A stretch of 64,000 nucleotides of DNA from the NCBI GenBank assembly GCA_030603365.1, contig JAUVXV010000003.1:224001-288000 (forward strand), read 5' to 3'. Positions 1 through 8,382 of the stretch are shown piece after piece. The position numbers and the translations under genes are program-made. Below the pieces are notes generated by a model that worked only from the letters and a program-made list of their open reading frames with translations, was not told where the DNA came from and did not search any database. The stretch's first letter is position 1. Every line of letters starts with the position of its first letter. The DNA is from Candidatus Heimdallarchaeota archaeon (lineage in GTDB: Archaea; Asgardarchaeota; Heimdallarchaeia; Heimdallarchaeales; Heimdallarchaeaceae).

Positions 1-138
1 AACAGTGAATTCAAAGTTAGGATCAGTGCCACCTGGACATAAAACTACTTTGTCTACCCCCAATTTATCCATCAGAGGTATTAGAATCTTGGTTTTACCA
101 AAATCACCAAAAGCATGAGCATGACCATCGATAATCAT
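1..138 (-). CDS. Amidohydrolase-family metal-dependent hydrolase, N-terminal part (runs off window edge)
   Basis: Manual translation MIIDGHAHAFGDFGKTKILIPLMDKLGVDKVVLCPGG...; IIDxHxH metal-binding motif followed by GVDKVVL. Confidence 0.8.
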   Translation of the reverse strand, partial: MIIDGHAHAFGDFGKTKILIPLMDKLGVDKVVLCPGGTDPNFEFTV

Positions 139-157
139 AGAATTAGTCCTCAATAAA

Positions 158-784
158 TTATAGTGCAACTTTAACTATCTGAGTCATAAGCTGGAAGAAT
201 TCTTCAAGTTTTTCAAGACCTTCTAATTTAGCAGATAGAGTATTATTATTGATAGACATGAGTTTTATATACGATAGAAGTTCTAAGAATATTTTACTGA
301 CTTCAGGATTATCAAGAATTTTATAAGCCATCTTTTCATTGTTTGTTCTTATTGTTACGAAATCACTAACACTCATCCCTTCATAGGAATCAAAGATTTT
401 ATTCTTTGTTTCTTGTTTAACAAGTGTGTGTAAGAATAAAGGAAATTCCTCTATTAGTTCTGCATCAATATTTACATCGTTATCGCTTTCTAGAGCTAAC
501 GTGATTTTCTGATAAACATCATCCTCATGTTCAGTAGGAAGATCAAATTCATATTGCATCATGAATGTAGATGCTTTTCTTACTTTAACCGCTCCAACAT
601 TAGCTAGTTTCTGAAGTATTGCTTCTTCATCACTAGATAAAACCTCTCCCTTTTTCTCACTATAGTGATCCTTGTAATATTCTTCAGCGGATGTAATATG
701 CTTTTTAGGACGTTTTTTAGAACGAAAGAATCGGGACATGAAATCAAGCTCTTGTCTGTTTTTCAGTCTTTTATATCTTTTCAT
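158..784 (-). CDS. Hypothetical protein (start may be M16, MSRFF)
   Basis: 208 aa ORF with protein-like composition, co-oriented just upstream of the amidohydrolase; no motif recognised. Confidence 0.6.
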   Translation of the reverse strand: MKRYKRLKNRQELDFMSRFFRSKKRPKKHITSAEEYYKDHYSEKKGEVLSSDEEAILQKLANVGAVKVRKASTFMMQYEFDLPTEHEDDVYQKITLALESDNDVNIDAELIEEFPLFLHTLVKQETKNKIFDSYEGMSVSDFVTIRTNNEKMAYKILDNPEVSKIFLELLSYIKLMSINNNTLSAKLEGLEKLEEFFQLMTQIVKVAL

Positions 785-850
785 CTACCAACCTATGATT
801 TTCTTGTGTCATATAGTCATGTTATGGTATTTTATAGAGATCATCATAGG

Positions 851-1070
851 CACTGGAAGATGACTGACTTACAGCTTGTACTCGCTCTAAGGGATAAATC
901 ACGTATCCTCCCACCCCGCCCACACTTTTGAAGTGCTTACGGATCGCTTGTTAGTTCCCCATACATAGCTGGGAATATAGGAATGGATTCCATTTCTCTT
1001 GTACCTTGACCACAGTCCATGGTAGGAGGTGGTCTGCAAAGTCTACACGAGCGATAAACCCTGTTCCACT
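851..1070 (-). ncRNA. Candidate structured non-coding RNA with RNase P-like pseudoknot topology
   Basis: 105/220 G+C in AT-rich DNA; nested stems UGGAA/UUCCA (1068-64/858-54), UCGCUC/GAGCGA (1054-49/887-82), CCUCCUACC/GGUGGGAGG (1029-21/915-07); crossing helix GAC[U]UUGCAG/CUGUAAGUC (1043-34/874-66); G-U pairs form only on the minus strand; TATA box upstream. Confidence 0.65.
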
Positions 1071-1089
1071 AATTTATTGTTGGTTGCTC

Positions 1090-1097
1090 TATATAAA
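1090..1097 (-). promoter_or_regulatory. Archaeal TATA box (TTTATATA) for the candidate RNA
   Basis: Consensus TATA centred ~25 nt upstream of the first nucleotide of the terminal stem (~1068-1070). Confidence 0.6.
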
Positions 1098-1371
1098 CCC
1101 AGCAAAAATGTAAGATGACTAGATGACAAAATCACATTCATAAAAACTCCAACAACATGAAAATGAGGAGATAGGTAAAATAGCTAAAGACATGTGGAAT
1201 AAAATCGAATTTGCTAAGAGAAAAGCGATATATCAAGACAGTCAAGAAGATGATTATCTTGTTATTGAAAAATTACTGGAATTCTAGATAAACAATAATT
1301 GATTTTTAGCAAATTAGAAAAGAGTTAAATGTTTGTTTCTCTTATTATTACCTTAATAAAGAGGAAAGGCT

Positions 1372-3843
1372 ATGTCTGATTTTGAACCTGAAACTCTTCA
1401 GAATCATGAACAATTGATTCTTAAAGGTGAGTGTAAACAAGCTTTGTTAAAAATCAACGCGGTTTTAGATTCTAAAGTGATTACAAAGCAAAACAAGTTG
1501 ATTTATAATATTCTTAAAGCCAAATGTCTAACAAAATCAGACAAATATTTCCAAGCAATGAGCTTCTTAGACGATATAGAAGATGATGTCAAGAATATAG
1601 GAACGGAATTACAGCAATTGGATTTTATTTTGATTAAAATTGAAATCCTCACTATTTTTGGAAAAACAGATTTAGGAATGAAATTGGTTAAGGAGGCTGA
1701 GGATCTAATTGAGAGTATTCCAAAAGATGAGACTAACATTTTGATTCACAAAAAAATTGATCTCTTAATTCTCAAATCTCGCATTATATCATTTGTTGAC
1801 GGTTTTACAGATAAACTTCATAAAGTGTTGGAATTAAGTCTTAAATTATGTGATGAGAGCAATTATGAATATGGTCAAGCGAAAACACTCGAAAGATTAG
1901 CTGTTTCTTACAAGGAGATGGGCAATAGGGATGAAGCAATTATCTGCACTGATGAAGCTTATGAAATCTGGCAACGTAATAATAACAAATTTGGAGTCGC
2001 CTTTACAACTTACTTAAAGGGATCTGTCACACTTAATACTAATCCAGAGTTATCAATGAAATATTTAGAAGAAGCTCTTAAATTAAGTGAGGAAATTGAT
2101 GGGCAATTAACTTTGTCAAAGATCCACAATGTTATGGGGATATTACTTTTCACGAAAGATGAAAGAAAAGAAGCTATGAATCATTTTGAAATCTCTTTGA
2201 AAATAGAAAGAGAGATTGGAAATAAACACGGCTTAATCATATTGTTGTATAATCTTGGTTCTATATACACTGGAAGAATGGAGAACGAAAAAGCATTATC
2301 TTACCTTTATGAAGGATTAGCTCTGACTAAAGAGTTAGATTTCACAAGACCATACTATCTAATCCAGTTTGCTTTAAATAACATCTATATACGAAAGGGA
2401 GAACTAAATCGAGCTTTGAACTTTCTAGAGGAAGCTATTAAGTTTAATGAAGAGAAAAATTTGAAAGAAAATCTTGCTTGGGCAAGGGGGAGTATGGCTT
2501 CTGTACAAACATTGAGAGGGGATTTAGATGCTGCACTTCAAAACTATTTCTTATGTCAGGAGTTCTATGAAAAAGAAAATAGAATAAGTAATGTTTGTGA
2601 TACTTTAAACAAAATAGCAGAGATACATCAGCTAAAGGGAGATTATAATTTAGCTTTGAATTACTACAATAAAAGCGAAGAATTAGCCAGAAAGACAGAC
2701 AATACCTACATTCTTGCTTATGTTTCTTATTATTTGATTAACTGTTATCTAGCCAGAAAAGAAAATGAAAAAGCAGAAAAATACTTAGAAACTTTACAGC
2801 AATATAATAGCAAATTAGATTCAAAACCGATTAGGGTAATGACCACCCTAGCTAAAGCTCTCGTATATAGTAAGAAAGAAAATTCTGCGGACAGAAAAGA
2901 AGCAAAAGAATTATTTGAATCTGTAATAAATGAGAAGGATATTGAACACAAATTAGCTGTAACTTCTATTTTGAATTTATGCGAACTACTAATAGTAGAA
3001 CTGCGAGAATCAGAGGATTTTAAATTATTGGAAAAATTAAAATCCTATGTAGAAAAACTACATCAAGAAGGAACAGCAGAATTAGCTTATCCTCTACTCG
3101 TTCATTCAATCTGGTTGCAAGCTAATATTTCTCTACTAGAATTAGATGTTACTAGAGCTAGAAGATTATTCAAGAGTGCACAAGTGATGGCAGAAGCTAA
3201 GGAAATGCTTAATCTAGCTAGAAGAATCTCTAACAATCACGATATATTACTAGGACAGTTAGATCTATGGGAACAATTTACTATGCAACTACCAACTGTA
3301 GCAGAAAGGATGGAACTAACTCATATTGAATCTGTTTTAAATGAAATGGTAAAAGGGAGAGGAATAGTTTTTCCTGAAGGAGAAGTCGAAATGGAAGAAC
3401 CGATATTAGTGACAATTTTCTCTGAAACTGGAGCTACTCTGTATTTAGAACAATTTGATCCAGAACTAGGTAGAGATTTAATAGAGAAATTTTGGTACTC
3501 AATTATATCACGTGTAAAAGAAGAGGTAAAAACAGGATCATTGGAAAGGATGATGTTTACAGATTATATCTGTTTAGTTAAAAAACTTGAATCATTATCC
3601 TTCTGCTACATATTTGTAGGACAATCATACGAGGGAATTAAGAAATTAGAAGAGTTTTCACAACTGGTCTATGGAACATCACTGGTTTGGGAGGAACTGG
3701 AAGAACTTTCAAAAATCGCTTTAAGTACTAAATTTGATTTAGAGACTATTGTAGCTTCAAGTGATAGAGACCAACCATTAGACTACTCAAGTCACTTTAT
3801 TTTAAATCAGTATGTAGATAGTGTTTTTTTGCGAAAAACGTAG
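1372..3843 (+). CDS. TPR-repeat protein with C-terminal longin-like domain
   Basis: Repeated helical units (MGILL...AMNHFEISL, LGSIY...ALSYLYEGL, IAEIHQLKGDYNLALNYY); C-terminal alpha/beta segment PILVTIFSETGATLY...SFCYIFVGQSY. Confidence 0.8.
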   Translation: MSDFEPETLQNHEQLILKGECKQALLKINAVLDSKVITKQNKLIYNILKAKCLTKSDKYFQAMSFLDDIEDDVKNIGTELQQLDFILIKIEILTIFGKTDLGMKLVKEAEDLIESIPKDETNILIHKKIDLLILKSRIISFVDGFTDKLHKVLELSLKLCDESNYEYGQAKTLERLAVSYKEMGNRDEAIICTDEAYEIWQRNNNKFGVAFTTYLKGSVTLNTNPELSMKYLEEALKLSEEIDGQLTLSKIHNVMGILLFTKDERKEAMNHFEISLKIEREIGNKHGLIILLYNLGSIYTGRMENEKALSYLYEGLALTKELDFTRPYYLIQFALNNIYIRKGELNRALNFLEEAIKFNEEKNLKENLAWARGSMASVQTLRGDLDAALQNYFLCQEFYEKENRISNVCDTLNKIAEIHQLKGDYNLALNYYNKSEELARKTDNTYILAYVSYYLINCYLARKENEKAEKYLETLQQYNSKLDSKPIRVMTTLAKALVYSKKENSADRKEAKELFESVINEKDIEHKLAVTSILNLCELLIVELRESEDFKLLEKLKSYVEKLHQEGTAELAYPLLVHSIWLQANISLLELDVTRARRLFKSAQVMAEAKEMLNLARRISNNHDILLGQLDLWEQFTMQLPTVAERMELTHIESVLNEMVKGRGIVFPEGEVEMEEPILVTIFSETGATLYLEQFDPELGRDLIEKFWYSIISRVKEEVKTGSLERMMFTDYICLVKKLESLSFCYIFVGQSYEGIKKLEEFSQLVYGTSLVWEELEELSKIALSTKFDLETIVASSDRDQPLDYSSHFILNQYVDSVFLRKT

Positions 3844-3914
3844 AAAAATTATACTTCACCAACTTTATAAATTCGGAAAGCAATATTTCGTAATCATTGT
3901 GAAAGAGGGTAAGA

Positions 3915-4952
3915 ATGGATTTCAATATAGCTTTCATTGGATTTGGTGTTGTGGGACAAGGTTTAGCTGAAATTCTTGTTGAACAAGAACAATACCTGAA
4001 AGAAAAATATGATTTTAATTTCAAAGTGGTTGCTATCTCAGATACAATCAAAGGTTCTTGGTACAGAAGAACAGGTCTAGATCTCAAGAAATTGCTAGAA
4101 CTAGTAAAAGAAACCGGTAGCCTGAAAGGATATGCTGATGGTATTGAAGGATGGGATTCACTTAAAACGATTAAAGATACTAATGCAAACATAATTCTAG
4201 AAGTAGCTTGGACTGACTTGAAAACTGGAGAACCTGCAATAACTCATGTTAAAACTGCTTTAAAGCTCAAAAAACATGTAGTGATGACAAACAAAGGTCC
4301 TATCGCTTTAGCTGTTAGAGAATTATTGGATTTAGCTAAGAAGAATGACGTAGAAATGAGATATGAAGGAACAGTTCTGAGTGGCACCCCTGCATTAAAT
4401 CTGGGACTTTACAACTTAGCTGGATCTGGCATTACTAAAGCAAAAGGAATAGTGAATGGGACAACCAACTACATCTTGACTGAGATGGAAGGAGGACTAG
4501 GTTATGAAGATGCTCTTAAGCAAGCTCAAGAACTTGGGTATGCTGAAGCTGACCCAACAGCTGATGTGGAAGGTCATGATGCATTAGGTAAGATTGTTAT
4601 TCTAGCTAACACAGTTATGGGAGCTAACTTAAGCAAAGATGAACCACCTTGTGAAGGCATAACTAAAATTACTGCAGAAGACATAATTAAAGCTAAGGAA
4701 GAAGGATTTAGATGGAAACTTATAGCTGGTGCTGAACTTAAAGACGATGGATCAGTTGAAGCATATGTACGACCCGAGAAAATACCTCTAGATCATCCAT
4801 TAGCTAACATTATGGGTCCAACAAATGCTCTGACTTATACTACTAAATATCTTGGAGATGTTACAATTATAGGACCTGGTGCAGGTAAAGCTCCAACTGG
4901 TTTTGCACTCCTTGCTGACATTTTAGATATTAATAGAGTTTTGAAGGATTAA
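3915..4952 (+). CDS. hom: Homoserine dehydrogenase
   Basis: GFGVVG Rossmann motif, HVVMTNKGP, NGTTNYIL, GYAEADPTADVEGHD, GPGAG. Confidence 0.95.
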   Translation: MDFNIAFIGFGVVGQGLAEILVEQEQYLKEKYDFNFKVVAISDTIKGSWYRRTGLDLKKLLELVKETGSLKGYADGIEGWDSLKTIKDTNANIILEVAWTDLKTGEPAITHVKTALKLKKHVVMTNKGPIALAVRELLDLAKKNDVEMRYEGTVLSGTPALNLGLYNLAGSGITKAKGIVNGTTNYILTEMEGGLGYEDALKQAQELGYAEADPTADVEGHDALGKIVILANTVMGANLSKDEPPCEGITKITAEDIIKAKEEGFRWKLIAGAELKDDGSVEAYVRPEKIPLDHPLANIMGPTNALTYTTKYLGDVTIIGPGAGKAPTGFALLADILDINRVLKD

Positions 4953-4971
4953 AATAAGAGAGCTGATAACC

Positions 4972-6759
4972 ATGGGATACACAGGTAAATTTCTTGAAGT
5001 CAATTTATCATCAAAGAAAGTACAAGAGAAACCTCTCAATAAGGACTTAGCAAAGAAATATATCGGAGGCAAAGGTTTAGGGGCTAGAATTCTGTATGAT
5101 GAACTCAAAAAAGGGGTTGATCCCCTCAGTGCTGATAATATTATCTTGTTCATGACAGGACCTTTATCTGGAACTTCTGTGGTGACTTCAGGTCGTTGGT
5201 GCATTGTAACTAAATCACCTCATACTGGTATTTTTCTTGATAGTCATATTGGTGGTAAATTTGGTCATAGATTGAAAAAAGCTGGATATGATTATATTCT
5301 AGTAAGAGGGAAATCAAAAACTCCTTGCTACCTCCAAATAAATGATGGAGAAGTAAACATTCAATCAGCTGAAGAACTATGGGGAAAAGGAACCTTTGAA
5401 ACTGAAGAATTTCTAAAGAATAAACACCCTAAATCCGAAGTTGCTTGTATTGGCCCTGCTGGTGAAAACTTAGTTACTTATGCTAATATTATGACAGATA
5501 AATCTCATATGGCTGGTCGTGGTGGTGCTGGAGCTGTAATGGGTTCTAAAAATATGAAAGCTGTTGTTGTTAGTGGTACCAAATCAATTGATTCAGTGCA
5601 TGAAAATTTTAAAAAATTAACAAGAGTATTTCGAGAAAAGGTAAGAGAGAATCCTGGTGTAAAAAACAGACATGAAATTGGGACAATGATGTGGGTGAAC
5701 ATGTCTAACGATGGAGGATTCCTTCCTACAAATAATTATCAATCAGGTGTTTTTAATGGAGCAGAAGCCATATCAGGAGAAGAAATGTTAGATAAACATA
5801 CTTACGGACATCGTGCGTGTTATGGTTGTCTGATCGCTTGTGGAAAAGCGAATAAATTCACTGAAGGGAAATATAAGGGATTGGATGTTGAAGGACCTGA
5901 ATATGAAACAACTGCTCTGCTCGGATCTAATTGTGGAATCAGAAATTTTGGTGCTATTGCTAAAGCTAGTCAGATGTGTGATGATTTTGGTATAGATACA
6001 ATTACAACAGGTTCTGTTATAGCATTTGCAATGGAATGTACAAAAAAGAAAATTCTTGAGCAAAATGATGTACCTAAACTTGTTTTTGGTAACGAAAATG
6101 CTATGTTGAAAATGATTGAATTTCTTGCTCTTAGAAAAGGAATTGGAGAACTTTTTGCACAAGGAACTCTTGCAGCAGCTGAAAAGATTGGGCATGGTTC
6201 AAGTGATTTTGCTATCCAAGTAAAGAAATCAGAATTAGCAGGAGTAGAACCAAGAGGATCATTTGGAATGGCACTAGCATATTCAACCTCAGATCGAGGA
6301 GGATGTCACCAAAGATGTTGGACACCTTCAGCCGAACTCAGAGGAGATTTGAAGAGATTTTCATTTGAAGGAGTTCCTAAATTTGTTAAAGACTCTCAAG
6401 ATGAAAGAGCTGCATGCTTCTCACTCGTTCTTTGTGACTTTTTACCTTTTGATGTTCCAGAAATGGTAGAAATGTTGAATTCAGCTACTGGTTTTGATTA
6501 TACTCCTGAAAGTTATTTAAAAGCTGGAGAAAGAATTTGGAACCTTACTAGATTGTTTAATGCTAGAGAAGGTATAACAGCTGATGATGATGTTCTTCCA
6601 AAAAGATTCTACAAAGAAGCTTTACCTGAAGGACCAGCAGAAGGACAAATTATAGATGAAAAGCTATTTGAAGCAGCAAAAGCTGAATACTATAAGTTGA
6701 GAGTATGGAATAAGAAAGGTCTTCCAAAAGGAAAGATATTGAGAAAACTCAACTTGTAA
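4972..6759 (+). CDS. aor: Aldehyde:ferredoxin oxidoreductase (tungsten-dependent family)
   Basis: KSPHTG, IGPAGEN, AGRGGAGAVMGSKN, CYGCLIAC Fe-S motif, GPEYET, DRGGCH. Confidence 0.93.
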   Translation: MGYTGKFLEVNLSSKKVQEKPLNKDLAKKYIGGKGLGARILYDELKKGVDPLSADNIILFMTGPLSGTSVVTSGRWCIVTKSPHTGIFLDSHIGGKFGHRLKKAGYDYILVRGKSKTPCYLQINDGEVNIQSAEELWGKGTFETEEFLKNKHPKSEVACIGPAGENLVTYANIMTDKSHMAGRGGAGAVMGSKNMKAVVVSGTKSIDSVHENFKKLTRVFREKVRENPGVKNRHEIGTMMWVNMSNDGGFLPTNNYQSGVFNGAEAISGEEMLDKHTYGHRACYGCLIACGKANKFTEGKYKGLDVEGPEYETTALLGSNCGIRNFGAIAKASQMCDDFGIDTITTGSVIAFAMECTKKKILEQNDVPKLVFGNENAMLKMIEFLALRKGIGELFAQGTLAAAEKIGHGSSDFAIQVKKSELAGVEPRGSFGMALAYSTSDRGGCHQRCWTPSAELRGDLKRFSFEGVPKFVKDSQDERAACFSLVLCDFLPFDVPEMVEMLNSATGFDYTPESYLKAGERIWNLTRLFNAREGITADDDVLPKRFYKEALPEGPAEGQIIDEKLFEAAKAEYYKLRVWNKKGLPKGKILRKLNL

Positions 6760-6769
6760 TTTTCTTTTT

Positions 6770-8281
6770 CTAAAATATAATTCCCCATTCGTGAAGAATA
6801 AAATTAGTATTTTTCTCATTCAGTGTCAACTGAGGTGGTAATATGTTATATTGGAAATATTTGTCTGAAGTAAAGAAATACTTGAAGAACAGTCGATTTG
6901 TAGTATATTCATTTGATGTAGTTAGTTGAAAGTTATAGTCAATCCACATAGAAGATAACTGACAGAGAATATGTGTTCCTTCTTCATCTAACAGTCCCTT
7001 TTCATAGAACCAATAATCAATAAAATCATCTACTTCATTTACATATAATCCTAATCTAAACAATTCCTCTCTAATGAGTTGAATTACTTCTGTTTTTGAG
7101 TAAACGAAGTCATCAATCAAGAAGTAATCTCCCATATTTTTTATAACCCACCCATAAACCAGATTATCATATTCAGTAACAATTTCTGCTTCGTAGAAAA
7201 GATAATTATAATAGTTCTCCTGATACAAGATTTGACTCTCAGGATAAACTTGAAAATCATTCCAACTTATACTATTAGACATTTCAACTTCAGGTATAGT
7301 CAAAGTAGCAAAACCATTAGGGATTTGCACCGTCAAACTATCAGAAAAGACTGTTCCATCTTGACTATAGAGATAAATAGCAGGTTTTAGGACTAGAGAT
7401 GTATATTTCCAATGATGTACTGTAATATTGTTAGTTTCTTCACGTAAATCAATTCCAACAATCGTAAAATTATCAAAGCTTGCTTGACTTACAGGTGTCC
7501 TTATAGCATACCAATAATCAGACCTATACTCAAAACTTATTTCCCCATAGTAAGTACTATTGTTTATTTTAGTCACGTTGAATTCATCTGCAATACCCAT
7601 ATTTAGAAAACCTGGAGGACCTCTATAAGTTGGACAAAAAATTACATGCATAGAAACTGGTTCAGTATCACAATAGCTATACCAACTATCATTATCCGGT
7701 TCATCCCAGATCACCGTAGTTTTGATATTTACGGTACCATTAAAGGTTGCCCACCAGTGAAGATTAATTTCATTGATACTGTTTGAGGTATTCAGTTGTT
7801 TACAAGTTAAAGAATCTACATAGCTGACTTGATTAATTTGACCAGGAACTTTGACATAGTAACGAGTGTTATTTTCATACTCAAAATAGGTTTCTCCTTT
7901 ATAGCCTTCCTCTCTATCATCTTCCAATCCTATGGTTGATTTTACTATCCATTTAATTGGAGGAGGATGCTCAAAGAAAGGAGCTCTGGTACTTGTGTAA
8001 TCAACAGTACAAATTTCTAAGAAGTTTGGTTTATTTGAGCCTCTAACATAAGCTCTGTTAAGATTAAGATTATATTTGTCACTAGGTTCATCCCAAATTA
8101 CTGTAACTTTTATATTGGGATTTACTAGTGGAGGTTCAACCCAATCTTCAATTTCTGCGATTTCATTAAAAAATCCCAAGTAAACAAATAGACCTATCGA
8201 AGATAGGAGCACTACAGCTGCTAATATAATAGCTAGAATCTTGACCTTAAACATATGCAATCTGTTCTCTTCTTTGTACAT
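6770..8281 (-). CDS. Membrane-anchored hypothetical protein with two tandem beta-rich repeats and a C-terminal KPxIYLY...EWG domain
   Basis: N-terminal TM helix; repeats NIKVTVIWDEP / NIKTTVIWDEP; KPAIYLY, YLFYEA, DFIDYW and HEWG motifs. Confidence 0.65.
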   Translation of the reverse strand: MYKEENRLHMFKVKILAIILAAVVLLSSIGLFVYLGFFNEIAEIEDWVEPPLVNPNIKVTVIWDEPSDKYNLNLNRAYVRGSNKPNFLEICTVDYTSTRAPFFEHPPPIKWIVKSTIGLEDDREEGYKGETYFEYENNTRYYVKVPGQINQVSYVDSLTCKQLNTSNSINEINLHWWATFNGTVNIKTTVIWDEPDNDSWYSYCDTEPVSMHVIFCPTYRGPPGFLNMGIADEFNVTKINNSTYYGEISFEYRSDYWYAIRTPVSQASFDNFTIVGIDLREETNNITVHHWKYTSLVLKPAIYLYSQDGTVFSDSLTVQIPNGFATLTIPEVEMSNSISWNDFQVYPESQILYQENYYNYLFYEAEIVTEYDNLVYGWVIKNMGDYFLIDDFVYSKTEVIQLIREELFRLGLYVNEVDDFIDYWFYEKGLLDEEGTHILCQLSSMWIDYNFQLTTSNEYTTNRLFFKYFFTSDKYFQYNILPPQLTLNEKNTNFILHEWGIIF

Positions 8282-8382
8282 ATATTTACACTCAAACTCT
8301 TATAAATCTGTTTCAGGAATAGGGAAGAATATAAATAATAGTCAAACATGCTTTCGTTAATACAAATTCTGTTGAATCTTTT

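Noticed and set aside
665-931. 88 aa plus-strand ORF in the ORF track
   Set aside because: It is antisense to the 158-784 gene and runs into the structured GC-rich element. Composition is not protein-like and it has no RBS.
1024-1034. GACCACCUCCU on the minus strand resembles the 16S rRNA 3' end (GAUCACCUCCU)
   Set aside because: There is no other rRNA similarity around it, and the segment is explained as one strand of an internal helix.
851-1070. SRP RNA, riboswitch, tRNA or self-splicing intron as the identity of the GC-rich element
   Set aside because: I found no SRP helix-8 motif (CAGG..GGAA..AGCA), no cloverleaf or TTCRA, and no lysine, cobalamin, hammerhead or group II signature on either strand.
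1123-1287. Interrupted reading frame MTKSHS*KLQQHENEEIGKIAKDMWNKIEFAKRK...EKLLEF
   Set aside because: It could be a gene remnant or a 31 aa ORF from ATG 1192, but it is too short and has no recognisable motif.
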